A DNA stretch of 64,000 bases, taken from the IMG/VR virus record IMGVR_UViG_3300046167_000876. One strand, given 5' to 3'. Of the stretch, positions 19,422-30,472 are shown piece after piece (the first letter of the stretch is position 1; every line of letters begins with the position of its first letter). Source of the DNA: a virus. The notes beneath the pieces are model-generated. The model did no database searches, was not told the DNA's origin, and saw only the letters and a program-made list of their open reading frames with translations. Both the position numbers and the translations under genes were made by a program.

Positions 19422-21137
19422 ATGGAAAACAACGCACTACAAGTAGATTATACAAATTGGGAAAAAGGAAAAAATTACCCAGAATGGATGGATGAAATAT
19501 CTTTAGCAACTATATCTAAAGGTTATTTATTGCCTGGAGAAGATGTAAAAAAAGCATATAGAAGAGTTTCTAATGCCGCTGCTAATAGATTAAAAAAACC
19601 AGAACTAGCTAATAAATTTTTTAAAATTATGTGGAATGGTTGGTTAGGATTAGCATCACCTGTATTATCAAATATGGGAACTGATCGTGGTTTACCTATT
19701 TCATGTTTTGGGGTTGATACACCGGATTCAATACGTGGAATTGGTTTAACTAACGCAGAACTAATGAAGCTAACAGCCTCTGGTGGTGGTGTAGGTATTT
19801 CATTAAATCGTATTAGACAACGTGGTGAAGCAATTACTGGAAATGGTAAAAGTGAAGGTGTAGTACCATGGGCTAAAATATTTGATTCATCAATTATTGC
19901 AACTAATCAAGGAAATGTTAGAAGAGGAGCAGCATCTGTTAATTTAGATATAGAACACGGAGATATAGAAGAATTTTTACAAATTCGTAGACCAAAAGGT
20001 GATCCAAATAGACAATGTCTAAACTTACATCAATGTGTTGTTGTAGGAGATTCATTTATGAGAAAATTAGAAGCAAGAGACCCAGAAGCAATGAATAGAT
20101 GGGCTACTGTTTTAAAATCCAGAATGGAAACAGGTGAACCTTATATAATGTATAAGGATAATGTTAATAAAGATAACCCAATAGCTTATAGATTAAATAA
20201 TTTAGATGTAAGCATGACAAATATTTGTTCTGAAATTACATTATTTACAGATGAAGAACATAGTTTTATTTGTTGTTTATCATCTATGAATTTATCTAAA
20301 TATGATGAATGGAAAGATACAGATACAGTTGAATTAGCCACTTGGTTTTTAGATGGTGTAATGCAAGAATTTATTGATAAATCTAATGGTAAAGATTCCT
20401 TAAAAAGAACTCATGCACATGCTCGTAAGGGTCGTGCTTTAGGTTTAGGTGTAATGGGTTGGCATTCATTCTTACAACAAAAAGGTTTACCATTTAACTC
20501 TATAGCATCCACAGCACATACTCATAACATTTTTAACGATATTAGAGGTAAAGCAGAAAAAGCATCTATGGCTCTAGCTTTAGAATATGGAGAACCTTTA
20601 TGGTGTAGAGGAACAGGTATGAGAAATACTCATTTATTAGCAATAGCACCAACAGTATCAAATTCAGTTATTTGTGGTGGTATTAGTGCTGGTATTGAAC
20701 CTTTACCTGCTAATATTTATACTTTCAATGGTGCTAAAGGTACTTTTATTAGAAAAAATAAAGTATTACAATCTATTTTAGCAGAAAAGGGTGAAGATAA
20801 AGATAAATGGTGGGACCAAATGTTAGCTGAAGATGGCTCAGCACAAGGTTTACCTGATAGCATCCTAACCCCAGATGAAAAAGAATTATTTTTAACATTT
20901 CCTGAAATAAATCAATTAGAATTAGTTAGACAAGCAGCCATTAGACAAAGATATATTGACCAAACACAATCATTAAATTTATCTTTTGATGTAAATGATT
21001 CCCCAAAATGGATTAACCAAGTGCATTTAGAAGGTTGGAAATTAGGTATTAAAACTTTTTATTATTTAAGAACTGATAGTGTTATAAAAGGTGATCTTGG
21101 TTCAAGAATGGCGGATTGTGTATCTTGTGATGGATAG
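19422..21137 (+). CDS. nrdA: Ribonucleotide reductase class I alpha subunit (short, no ATP cone)
   Basis: PISCF, GGGVG, RRGA, TNICSEI, AIAPT, KTFYYLR, C-terminal CVSCDG. Confidence 0.95.
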   Translation: MENNALQVDYTNWEKGKNYPEWMDEISLATISKGYLLPGEDVKKAYRRVSNAAANRLKKPELANKFFKIMWNGWLGLASPVLSNMGTDRGLPISCFGVDTPDSIRGIGLTNAELMKLTASGGGVGISLNRIRQRGEAITGNGKSEGVVPWAKIFDSSIIATNQGNVRRGAASVNLDIEHGDIEEFLQIRRPKGDPNRQCLNLHQCVVVGDSFMRKLEARDPEAMNRWATVLKSRMETGEPYIMYKDNVNKDNPIAYRLNNLDVSMTNICSEITLFTDEEHSFICCLSSMNLSKYDEWKDTDTVELATWFLDGVMQEFIDKSNGKDSLKRTHAHARKGRALGLGVMGWHSFLQQKGLPFNSIASTAHTHNIFNDIRGKAEKASMALALEYGEPLWCRGTGMRNTHLLAIAPTVSNSVICGGISAGIEPLPANIYTFNGAKGTFIRKNKVLQSILAEKGEDKDKWWDQMLAEDGSAQGLPDSILTPDEKELFLTFPEINQLELVRQAAIRQRYIDQTQSLNLSFDVNDSPKWINQVHLEGWKLGIKTFYYLRTDSVIKGDLGSRMADCVSCDG

Positions 21138-21166
21138 ATAAATAACTATTAAATTTAATTTGTAAT

Positions 21167-21191
21167 GGGGGTCAATTTGACCCCCTTTTTT
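21167..21191 (+). terminator. Intrinsic terminator after nrdA
   Basis: GGGGGTCA-ATT-TGACCCCC followed by TTTTTT. Confidence 0.85.
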
Positions 21192-21224
21192 ATATTTATA
21201 ACAAAATATAAAATTAAGAATAAC

Positions 21225-24200
21225 ATGAAAAAATTATTACTTTGGTTATGCTTTATGCTTCCTTTTTTGAACATAGCCCAAGAAACAGCACCCGTAACCT
21301 TTAGATTAGATGTTAATCAAATCACCACTAATATTCCTAACCCAGATCAAATGCAAGTTTATATTCAAACTAGCGTTACTGGATGGACTGATATACCAAT
21401 GGAAGATGTTGGGGGTAACGGAATTTACAGAAAAAATATTAATATAGGACACCCAACAGATGAAAATGTAGAGGTATTTTATAGGTTTAAGTTAACATCT
21501 TTTGGTAATAATGGGCTACCCTGGACAGGATGGGAAGGAGGTTCTGATGCATCTGACTGTTTATTTGATGTAGCCACAGGAGGTGCTCCAGGAGGACCTA
21601 ATAGTTTAAGAAAAGTAACAGTACCCGAAGAATTGATAGATAATGGTACTTACGTAAATCCTTCAGGAGAATATAAATTAACTCATTGCTTTAATGAGTG
21701 TGGTAATGAACCTTGCCCACCTGAACCTTGTGTAGATGGTTTAACATCATCTAATGCTTATCAACAATGTGTAGAGAATACTCAAGCTTTAATAGTTTTT
21801 GAATGGGAGACAGAATGTACTCCTCAATCTGTCTTATACTCTAATGCAGAAGGAGCAGGGCCTTTTGAATATCAAGTTAATGAAGATGCAACAAACTTTG
21901 GAGTATATGCTGGAAACGGACAAATGCCACCAAATTGGAGTGTAGAGCATCAATTAATAGTTAAATTTACAGATGGAAGTGAATCAGAACCTATTTTATA
22001 CACCCCTACCCCTTGTATTGCAGGATGTACAGATCCAAATTCTGATGCTTATAACCCATGGGCAACAGTAGATGATGGTTCTTGTTCTGGAACAAATTGT
22101 GACCCGGACACAGAACATCAAATAACAATGCAGATTACATTAGATAATTGGCCAGGTGAAACTTCATGGACAATGAATAGTGGAGGTATTATAGGAGCAG
22201 TTACAGATGGAACATATAATTTTAACGATATAGGAAAAACATTTACCTATAATTTCTGTATAGATAAAAATACAGGATTTGAATTTATTATTAATGATAC
22301 TTATGGAGATGGTTTAGGTGGTACTACATCTGGAGGAACTATAGACGGTAATGTTGTAATATACGATTGTAATGGAGATATTATTTGGGAATTACCTGAA
22401 CCTGACTTTGGAGATGTAGCATACTCAGGACAACAATTTGGAGTTGATTGTGAAGGAACAGAAGAAATTTATGGATGTACAGATCCAGCTTATCAATCAT
22501 ATAATCCTGATGCTACTATAGATGATGGTTCTTGTTCTGAACTTCATGTTGTAGGTTGTATGGATGAAGATTCAATTAACTACAATCCAGATGCTACTAA
22601 ACAAGAATTAGTTCCAGTTTGTGAATATAATTTAGTAGTAAGAGATGCAGCATCAGATGGATGGGGTAATTCTTTTATAGGAGTTGCTCAAGGAGGAGTT
22701 AGTTTAGGAACTTATACTTTAGGACCTGGAATAGAAGAACAAGTCTGGCCTTTAACTTTAAACTCAGATGAAGAAGTAATAGTATATTATTTTGAAGTAG
22801 GTAATCCTCAAACAACACCAGAAGAATTAAATTTCCAAACTTTACAAAATTCATTCCTCATAGTAGATTCAGATGAACAAGTATTACTAGACGGTGGTAC
22901 TAACCCATTTGAAGATAATGGACAAGGAGCCTTACAAAATTTTGAAGCACCATTTTTTGAAAAATATTCAGCTTTACCATTTTGTGGTACAGTTTGTATT
23001 CCAATTGTAGAAGGGTGTATGACTGAAGGTTCATTAAACTATAATCCTGAAGCTAATGTAGATGATGGTTCTTGTATTCCTTATATAGAAGGTTGTATGA
23101 ATCCATTAGCATTTAACTACAACCCAGATGCCACAGTAGATGATGGTTCTTGTATTGAAGTAATTGTAGGTTGTATGGACCCAGATTCATTTAACTATAA
23201 CCCAGAAGCTAACACCCCAGGTGATTGTATTCCAGTTATAGAAGGTTGTATGGATCCAACATCATTTAATTATAATGAAAATGCAAATGTAGATGATGGT
23301 TCATGTATCCCTGTAATAGAAGGATGTATGGATGTAAATTCAATTAATTATAATCCTGATGCTAATACTGATGATGGAAGTTGTATTCCAATTGTAGAAG
23401 GTTGTACAGATCCAGATTCATTTAATTATAACCCTAATGCAAATGTAGATGATGGAAGTTGTGTACCTGTAGTATTCGGTTGTATGGACCCAGATTCATT
23501 TAATTATAATCCAGATGCTAACACAGACAATGGAACTTGTGAACCAGTAGTATTCGGTTGTACTGATCCTGATTCATTTAACTACAACCCAGATGCTAAT
23601 ACAGACAATGGAACTTGTGTTCCCCGTAATTCTAGGATGTACAGACAACACATCATTTAACTACAATCCAGAAGCTAATACTAATGATGGTTCTTGTATT
23701 CCTATATTAGCAGGTTGTACAGATCCAAACTCATTTAATTATAATGAACTAGCTAATACTGATGATGGTTCCTGTATACCAGTTGTCTATGGATGTACAG
23801 ATAATACTTCTTTAAACTACAACCCAGAAGCTAATACTGATGATGGTAGCTGTATCCCAATTCTGTATGGTTGTATGGACCCAGATTCATTTAATTATAA
23901 TCCTTTAGCAACAGTTGATGATGGTTCCTGTATAGCAATAGTAGAAGGATGTACTGATAACACATCATTAAATTACAACCCTGATGCAAATGTAGATGAT
24001 GGTAGCTGTATTCCTATTTTATACGGCTGTATGGACCCTGATTCATTTAACTATAATGCACTAGCAACTGTTGACGATGGTAGCTGTATTCCAATTGTAA
24101 CAGGTTGTCACAGATCCAGATGCATTAAATTTTAATCCAGATGCGAATACAGAAGATTTTAGTTGTATAGAAAAAGTTTATGGTTGTATGGATCCTAACT

Positions 24201-24745
24201 CGATAAATTATGACCCTGAAGCTAATATAGATAACGGTAGTTGTATAACAGCAGTAGTAGGATGTACAGATCCAGAATCATATAACTATAATCCTGAAGC
24301 TAACGTTTCAGACCCAGATGCTTGTTTATATGATGCAGGCTGTATAGATGGTCCTGGTAATCCATATTGGTTAAATGATAATTGCTATGCTTGGGTAATT
24401 GATGTGGATCAATATTGTTGTGATAACGAATTTGATTCTATATGTCAGGATATGTATAATTATTGTGAAGATGGATGGCCTGATGGATTTGATTTAAATT
24501 CAATTCAATCTCAATTTTCTAGAATTAATAATATAATTGTGCATCCAAATCCAACATCTGGAATAATAAACGTATCTTCTAATATAGAAGGTGTAACATT
24601 TGAAGTAAGGGATTTATTAGGTAAAATAATTGTACCTGAGTCTAGTGGTAATACAATTGATCTATCAAAATCAGCTGCTGGAATATATGTCTTAACAATT
24701 AAGAATGGAACACAAACATATAATAAAAAAATAATTAAAGAATAA
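21225..24745 (+). CDS. Secreted Cys-repeat protein with T9SS type A sorting domain (about 1172 aa after correcting two 1-nt insertions near 23622 and 24109)
   Basis: Signal peptide MKKLLLWLCFMLPFLNIA; 20 GC(M/T)D...NYNP.A..DDGSC repeats; C-terminal HPNPTSG...DLLGK...IDLS...GIYVL...KKIIKE. Confidence 0.85.
23013..24337 (+). repeat. Coding tandem repeat, 17 units of about 78 bp (26 aa)
   Basis: GC(M/T)DxxSxNYNPxAxxDDGSCIPxx units counted directly; three further dispersed copies at about 22020-22620. Confidence 0.95.
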
Positions 24746-24746
24746 A

Positions 24747-25813
24747 ATGAAAAAATTATTAATACTATTTTTAGTAATACCGTTTTTAGGTTTTAGCCAA
24801 GAGCCAGAATCTAAATTTAAAAAAGAATTAAAAAAAACATTTAAGTTTTCAACTATATTTGCTGCAGTAAATGGGGGTACTTCATTAGCCGATAAAAATA
24901 CCTATTCTGTAAATACGGGTACATTAGTACCTGGAGTAATAGAAACACCTTTTGATTATTCTTTATCATTAGGGATTAGAAAAATTGCTCGATTCCAATA
25001 TGAAAATAGAGCTAATGTATTTTACAATGGTACAGAAGAATCTTATTCAGATAATGCAACATTAGGTAAAATAAAAGGATTTGAGTTTTTATTTGAAGCT
25101 GATTATAGAAGAATTCAAGGGATCGAATATTTAGATCAACATCATTTTTTAAGATATGTAGCTGATGATTGGGTAGCTAAAGTAGAATACTTAGTAGGTG
25201 GTTTTATTGACATAGAATACTTCCAAGCATCACAAAGATATAAAAGAATATTACTAAAGAATTTTCAGTTAATGTAGGTGCTGCCCAAAGATTAGCAAGA
25301 CCTTATGGATATGATCCTTTACAAGAATGGATGTTGAGTAATGGTAATTTACATTATACATGGTTAGCAATTCAAGAAGGATACGAAGTAGAATTTAATG
25401 GAATAGGAGGAGAAACCTATTTAGACCCTTCAGGTAATGTTGTAGCAACAAGTACTGAAGTTTGGGAAGAAGTAATTATACCACAAGTATTAGTTGATTA
25501 TGTAGAGAAAAAAACAGATGCAGCCCCATTAAGATTAGAATACTCATTAATATTAGGATTTGATTATTATAAGTATACGAAAAACTTTTGGTTACATGCC
25601 TGGGGTAATGTAATGCCCTACCACATAAAAAATGGGGATAAATTTTCTTTTCATAATTATAATGGTGGGCAATGGGTAGATTATTCTGGAGGATTAATAT
25701 TTGGTTATAAATTAACTAAATCATTAGGATTATTTGCAGAAGGAACTTATAATCAATATTGGAATAGAAATTGGCATAATTTTTCAATGGGAGTTAACTA
25801 CATAATTTTTTAA
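24747..25813 (+). CDS. Putative outer-membrane beta-barrel protein (about 355 aa after correcting a 1-nt deletion near 25243)
   Basis: Signal peptide; aromatic alternating strands; C-terminal FSMGVNYIIF resembles a BAM beta-signal; fragments join in frame with one added A. Confidence 0.6.
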
Positions 25814-25815
25814 AA

Positions 25816-26101
25816 ATGGCGAAAGAATTAAGTGAAAATACTAGTTTTCAAATAAGCATACAAACACTAATAGGTATTGCATTCGGTATAGCTACAGTAG
25901 TAGGTATGTGGTTTGCACTTCAAGCAGATATAGAAGAAGCAAAAGAACTTCCAGTTCCCCCCACCACCAGATGTTACAAGAATGGAATACGATATGAAAG
26001 ATCAATTAATCCGTCAAACAATTATGTCTACTCAAGAAGATGTTGAAGAAATAAAGGATAGAATGATTCGAATGGAAGAAAAGATTGATAAATTAAGATA
26101 A
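25816..26101 (+). CDS. Single-pass membrane coiled-coil protein (extra C in C6 run at 25957-25962)
   Basis: TM IGIAFGIATVVGMWFAL; corrected C-terminus DVTRMEYDMKDQLIRQ...RMEEKIDKLR. Confidence 0.65.
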
Positions 26102-26107
26102 TTAATT

Positions 26108-26434
26108 ATGAAAAAATTACTAACCCTTGTATTATTTATATTTTCTTTATCTTTATATAGTCAAGTTGAAGTAAAGTATTTTAATGCCGGATGGAATAAA
26201 GCAAATGACATAGAATGGGTAAGTAAATTATCTGACTGTGAGTTAGAAAAATTTGATATAGGAATTGATCCATCACTTGCTGCAAAATATAAAGTAGTTG
26301 TAGTACCCACCATCATCATCTTCCAAGATGGAGAAGAAGCAGAAAGATATCAAGCAGACATTAGCTTTAAAATGTCAGCTACTAAAGAAGAAGTTCAAGA
26401 TTATATTGATGAACTTATAATGAGTGCATTCTAG
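26108..26434 (+). CDS. Secreted thioredoxin-fold protein lacking CxxC
   Basis: Signal peptide; YFNAGWN in place of F.A.WC; VVPTIIIFQDGEE cis-Pro strand. Confidence 0.65.
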   Translation: MKKLLTLVLFIFSLSLYSQVEVKYFNAGWNKANDIEWVSKLSDCELEKFDIGIDPSLAAKYKVVVVPTIIIFQDGEEAERYQADISFKMSATKEEVQDYIDELIMSAF

Positions 26435-26481
26435 CATCATATTTATAATTGCAAACTAGTTATTAACCAAATTGTTATTTT

Positions 26482-26748
26482 ATGTTTAAATTTATAAAAC
26501 GTAATTGGATGGCCTTAAAAAATTTATTTGATGATAATAATAACATCAACGAAAAATCAGTAGTTGGATTCGCTTCATTTGCAGTAATGACTATTTTTGC
26601 TATAGTAGATTTAGTAACTGGATATGTTGGTAAAGATTTAGTAATCAATGAATTCATTTACGACTCTTTTTTATTTATAACACTCGGTTGTTTTGGTATT
26701 GCTGAAATAGGACAAATTTTTGGTAAAAAAAACAATAAGGAAGAATGA
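26482..26748 (+). CDS. Small two-TM membrane protein (holin-like)
   Basis: Two hydrophobic helices, basic C-tail, late motif upstream. Confidence 0.55.
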   Translation: MFKFIKRNWMALKNLFDDNNNINEKSVVGFASFAVMTIFAIVDLVTGYVGKDLVINEFIYDSFLFITLGCFGIAEIGQIFGKKNNKEE

Positions 26749-27110
26749 AAAAATTACTATTTTTACTACTTTTAATCCCAACTTTATCTTTTTCTCAATT
26801 ACAAATTGGAAATTGGACTGTTGAAGAAGATAAAATGCTTCATTATATTGGAGGAGTTGCTATTACTAGTATTGCTCATGATTTAATATTTGAAGAAACT
26901 AAAGATAAAGATAAAGCTGTTATGTATTCAATGGCTACTACTTTAGCTTTATCTGCTTTTAAAGAAATATTTATAGATAAAAAAGGTGATGGAGATGATA
27001 TAGCTGCAGGAATGTATGGAGCTTTGACAGTAGGAGTAGTTATTTCTATAGATGATATTTTTAAAAAAAGAAAAAGAAAAAAAATAGCCCGAAGAAATTC
27101 AAAATATTAA
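26745..27110 (+). CDS. Membrane protein with DKxLH motif (YfiM/DUF2279-like)
   Basis: EDKMLHY, KE..D, D..A motifs with TM helices. Confidence 0.55.
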   Translation: MKKLLFLLLLIPTLSFSQLQIGNWTVEEDKMLHYIGGVAITSIAHDLIFEETKDKDKAVMYSMATTLALSAFKEIFIDKKGDGDDIAAGMYGALTVGVVISIDDIFKKRKRKKIARRNSKY

Positions 27111-27123
27111 AATTTAATTAATT

Positions 27124-27729
27124 ATGAGCTGTTATACAAGAAAACAAATAAAATGTGCTGTTGAATCAAAAGGATATAAATGGTTCGAAAGTGGTAATTA
27201 TAACTTAAACATTGTAGGAGTTAGAAATTCAGAAACACTTGGTAAAGTTACAAATAAATTTGATGATTGTCTTACAGTATCTTATAATGTAGATGGAGAA
27301 GAAAAATTCCATTGTTTTAAAGCAACAACTGACCCAGGATCTCATTGGGAGAGAAATTTATTAAATAAAGATGGTGTTGCTATTCTAGTTCCGGGGCAAT
27401 ATAGGGGTTCACATAAAATTAGAAAACATCAGGGTAAGTATGAAGCCCTATGTCAACAAAAAGAAGTTTGTGTTTATAGAGATAATAACAAAGATGGAGT
27501 GTATGATATGCTAGAAGAAAGTATTCATAAAGGTATTTATGGTATTAATATACATAAAGCAGGTTCTAGAGTTAATGGATCAACTCAAATTGATAAATGG
27601 TCAGCAGGTTGTCAGGTATTTTCCAAAGAATCAGATTTTAATCAATTAATGGATTTAGCATATAAAGCTAAAGATTTGTATGGTAATTCATTTACTTATA
27701 CTTTAATTGAATCAAAAGATTTAACCTAA
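27124..27729 (+). CDS. Putative cell-wall hydrolase/endolysin (L,D-transpeptidase-like)
   Basis: GINIHKAG...WSAGCQV His/Cys motif; next to holin-like genes. Confidence 0.6.
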   Translation: MSCYTRKQIKCAVESKGYKWFESGNYNLNIVGVRNSETLGKVTNKFDDCLTVSYNVDGEEKFHCFKATTDPGSHWERNLLNKDGVAILVPGQYRGSHKIRKHQGKYEALCQQKEVCVYRDNNKDGVYDMLEESIHKGIYGINIHKAGSRVNGSTQIDKWSAGCQVFSKESDFNQLMDLAYKAKDLYGNSFTYTLIESKDLT

Positions 27730-27731
27730 AA

Positions 27732-28148
27732 ATGAAAACAATTAAATTAGCAATACTAACATCTACTATGTCAATAGGATTTATATGTTCCTACTTTATG
27801 GAACTTACAATGCAAAATGCAGAACAATATTTAGCTATTTCAACTTTAGTATTTGCTGATGGGTTTTTTGGGATTCTTGCAGGAATTAAGAGAGAAGGAT
27901 TTAAAACTTACAAAGCAATAAAAATTTTAAGAACTTTAATATTTTGGGTTATTATGTTAACTGTAATATTAGTTATAGAAAAAAGCATTCCAGGAGCTGG
28001 GTGGTTAAGTGAAACTATGCTTATGCCTTTAGTTGTATTTCAATTAATAAGCACTGTAAAAAATGCATCAATGGCTGGATTTATTAAAGGTGATGTTTTA
28101 AATCAAATCCTAGATAATATCGATAGACATAAAGGCCTTAGAAAATAG
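27732..28148 (+). CDS. Holin-like membrane protein
   Basis: 3-4 TM helices, D.F.GI and S..KNA...G motifs. Confidence 0.6.
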   Translation: MKTIKLAILTSTMSIGFICSYFMELTMQNAEQYLAISTLVFADGFFGILAGIKREGFKTYKAIKILRTLIFWVIMLTVILVIEKSIPGAGWLSETMLMPLVVFQLISTVKNASMAGFIKGDVLNQILDNIDRHKGLRK

Positions 28149-28185
28149 GTTGTCTTAATTCAATTTTTTTACTATATTTATAATC

Positions 28186-28524
28186 ATGTATAGATACAAC
28201 GCAAAATTAGATCGGGTTGTTGACGGAGATACTGTCGATGCCTTAGTAGACTTAGGATTTAATACCTGGAAAAAGGTAAGAGTTCGAATGATGGGGATGA
28301 ATGCCCCTGAATCTCGTACAAGAGATTTAGAAGAAAAAAAACGTGGATTAGCTGCTAAAGCAAGATTAATTGAATTATTAGGAGATGGTAATTTTATTTT
28401 ACAATCTCATGGGGTTGGAAAATATGGTAGATGTCTAGGTACCCTATTTGTAAAAGATACAGATATAAATAAAACTTTAATTAATGAGGGACATGCAACA
28501 GAATACTTTGGGGGTGCTAGATAA
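28186..28524 (+). CDS. Thermonuclease (SNase) family protein
   Basis: RVVDGDT, VR..G.NAPE, GKYGRCL, IN..L..EG.A. Confidence 0.88.
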   Translation: MYRYNAKLDRVVDGDTVDALVDLGFNTWKKVRVRMMGMNAPESRTRDLEEKKRGLAAKARLIELLGDGNFILQSHGVGKYGRCLGTLFVKDTDINKTLINEGHATEYFGGAR

Positions 28525-29695
28525 GATAAAACAAGGAATGTTTCCATTCCTTATTGGATTTTCTGCCCTGTCAGTTTCAGCTTCAGCTGCTTTCTATTCA
28601 GTTAGTGGCTTAAGCAAACTTTTTGCAGGAGCAAGTTTAGAAGTAATTATAATGGCAGGTTCATTAGAATTTGCTAAATTAGTTACAGCTTCACTTTTAT
28701 ACCAATATTGGGATACAATTAATAAATCTTTACGTACTTATTTATCTATAGCAACTATTATACTAGTATTAATTACTAGTATGGGTATTTATGGATTTTT
28801 AAGTGCTGCTTATCAAGAAACGTATTCTAAATTATCAACTATAGAAAATCAAAAAGGTTTTATTCAAAAGAAAATTGAATTTTATCAAAATGATGTAAAT
28901 CGATATGATGAGGAAATTAAAAGAATATCTAGTAATATTAGTACTTTATCTAATGCAAAAGCTTCGACCATCCAAGTACGAGACACCACGGTATCTGGAG
29001 GCTTTAGACAAACAATATCCACAACTGAGCTTAGAATGGCGCAGAGTCGTATTAACATTGAGGAGGAGAATCGTAAGTTGGCGCAAGAAAAACGAACTAT
29101 AGCATCTGATAGTCTTCAAAAATTCCAATTACAAGTATTAGATTTAGATAATAATAATGAAGTGGCTGGAGAATTAGGACCACTACAGTATTTATCGGGT
29201 TTAACGGGTACTTCTATGGATAAGATTATAAATTGGTTATTACTTATTATAATATTTGTATTTGATCCTTTAGCAATATCTCTTGTAATAGCAGCCAACT
29301 TTGCTTTTACTCAAGCTTATCCAAAAAAGAAATATAGAAAAAATTTATATGGAGAAAAAATAGAAGACATTGAAGTTAAAGATGCTGAGGAAATCCAAAC
29401 CCAAGATGAGTTTATGAAAAATTTAGATAATCTTGAAAAGATTAAAGATTGGGAAGCAGCAGAACGAAGAATGGAAATTATAGGTCAAAATGGAAACGAT
29501 GGAGAACATTACTCAGGATTAGACTTAAATAATGATGGTGTTATTAATGAAAAAGATATTGAAATTGCTAAAAATAGAATAAAAGAAATTGATAGTATAT
29601 TAGAAAAAACTCCAAATTTATCTCGAGAATGGGCTAAACGTTTATCTATTGAAAGAAGAAAATTAGATGATGATGAAAATACAAAAATTTATTAA
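28484..29695 (+). CDS. Multi-TM coiled-coil protein with C-terminal EF-hand/dockerin-like loop (start uncertain)
   Basis: N-terminal TMs, coiled coil, IIFVFDPLAI, DLNNDGVINEKD. Confidence 0.7.
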   Translation: MRDMQQNTLGVLDKIKQGMFPFLIGFSALSVSASAAFYSVSGLSKLFAGASLEVIIMAGSLEFAKLVTASLLYQYWDTINKSLRTYLSIATIILVLITSMGIYGFLSAAYQETYSKLSTIENQKGFIQKKIEFYQNDVNRYDEEIKRISSNISTLSNAKASTIQVRDTTVSGGFRQTISTTELRMAQSRINIEEENRKLAQEKRTIASDSLQKFQLQVLDLDNNNEVAGELGPLQYLSGLTGTSMDKIINWLLLIIIFVFDPLAISLVIAANFAFTQAYPKKKYRKNLYGEKIEDIEVKDAEEIQTQDEFMKNLDNLEKIKDWEAAERRMEIIGQNGNDGEHYSGLDLNNDGVINEKDIEIAKNRIKEIDSILEKTPNLSREWAKRLSIERRKLDDDENTKIY

Positions 29696-29867
29696 ATTTC
29701 TTATAATTTGGATTAGTCAAAATCTAGCAATCCCTTTTTGGGTTGTAGGTCATATTCACTTATCAATTCATAATTTTCATGATTTAATAGAAATTGGGGC
29801 ATCAATAGGAATGAATTTAATAGTAGCAATTGGGTTTTTTATAGATTATAAAGAAAATGGAAAGTAA
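29667..29867 (+). CDS. Small membrane protein
   Basis: Two hydrophobic segments, WISQNLAIPFW..GH.HL. Confidence 0.6.
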   Translation: MMMKIQKFIKFLIIWISQNLAIPFWVVGHIHLSIHNFHDLIEIGASIGMNLIVAIGFFIDYKENGK

Positions 29868-30234
29868 GGAAATACTACAAATAGCAAATAAAGTATACCC
29901 TAAAATTAGGGCTCATTATGGTTTAGGTAAAAAAGAATACCCACCAATTGAAGTGTATAGAAATATATTTGCTAGACTAAGTGGAGAACCAGATATGGAA
30001 GGTGATGATCCTGCAGAAGCTGAATTTGACCGTAAAACAAATAAGTTATTTATATACTCAGACTTTAATGATAGTGTTGAGGATGTAATTAGGGGAGTTA
30101 TTCATGAGTATATACATTATTTACAATCTGGATCTTGGATGAAAAGATATTATAGTATGGGTTATACTTATGGTAACCACCCATATGAAGTTGATGCTAA
30201 AAAAGCAGAAGAAGATTGGAAGTTATTTGTGTAA
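29857..30234 (+). CDS. Zincin-like metallopeptidase
   Basis: HEYIH (HExxH) and P.E..A. Confidence 0.7.
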   Translation: MESKEILQIANKVYPKIRAHYGLGKKEYPPIEVYRNIFARLSGEPDMEGDDPAEAEFDRKTNKLFIYSDFNDSVEDVIRGVIHEYIHYLQSGSWMKRYYSMGYTYGNHPYEVDAKKAEEDWKLFV

Positions 30235-30289
30235 TATGTGGATACCTGAATAAGGGTTCGTATATTTAAGTATAAGAAAAATAAAGGTC

Positions 30290-30472
30290 ATGAATAATCT
30301 AGCACAAAAATCTTTAGTTATTGGTATTATAGTATTAGCAATGATATTTATTCCATTACTTATCAAAGCAGTATTTTGGATATTATTACAATTATTTAAT
30401 TTTCCATTCCAATCGTTATTAATCTCAATTATAGTTATATGTTTGATATCCCTCTTACCAGAAAAGAAGTAG
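30290..30472 (+). CDS. Small membrane protein
   Basis: Two TM segments; downstream of promoter TGTG-N20-TATATT at 30237-30266. Confidence 0.55.
   Translation: MNNLAQKSLVIGIIVLAMIFIPLLIKAVFWILLQLFNFPFQSLLISIIVICLISLLPEKK

Noticed and set aside
21165-21224. Upstream ATG for the T9SS cargo
   Set aside because: Runs through the terminator and late promoter; the signal peptide starts at 21225
23013-24337. CRISPR array or DGR template/variable repeat
   Set aside because: Repeats are in-frame coding units varying mostly at synonymous sites; no unique spacers, cas operon or reverse transcriptase
28905-29102. Canonical Rz1 o-spanin
   Set aside because: No Cys/lipobox; kept only as a generic nested ORF
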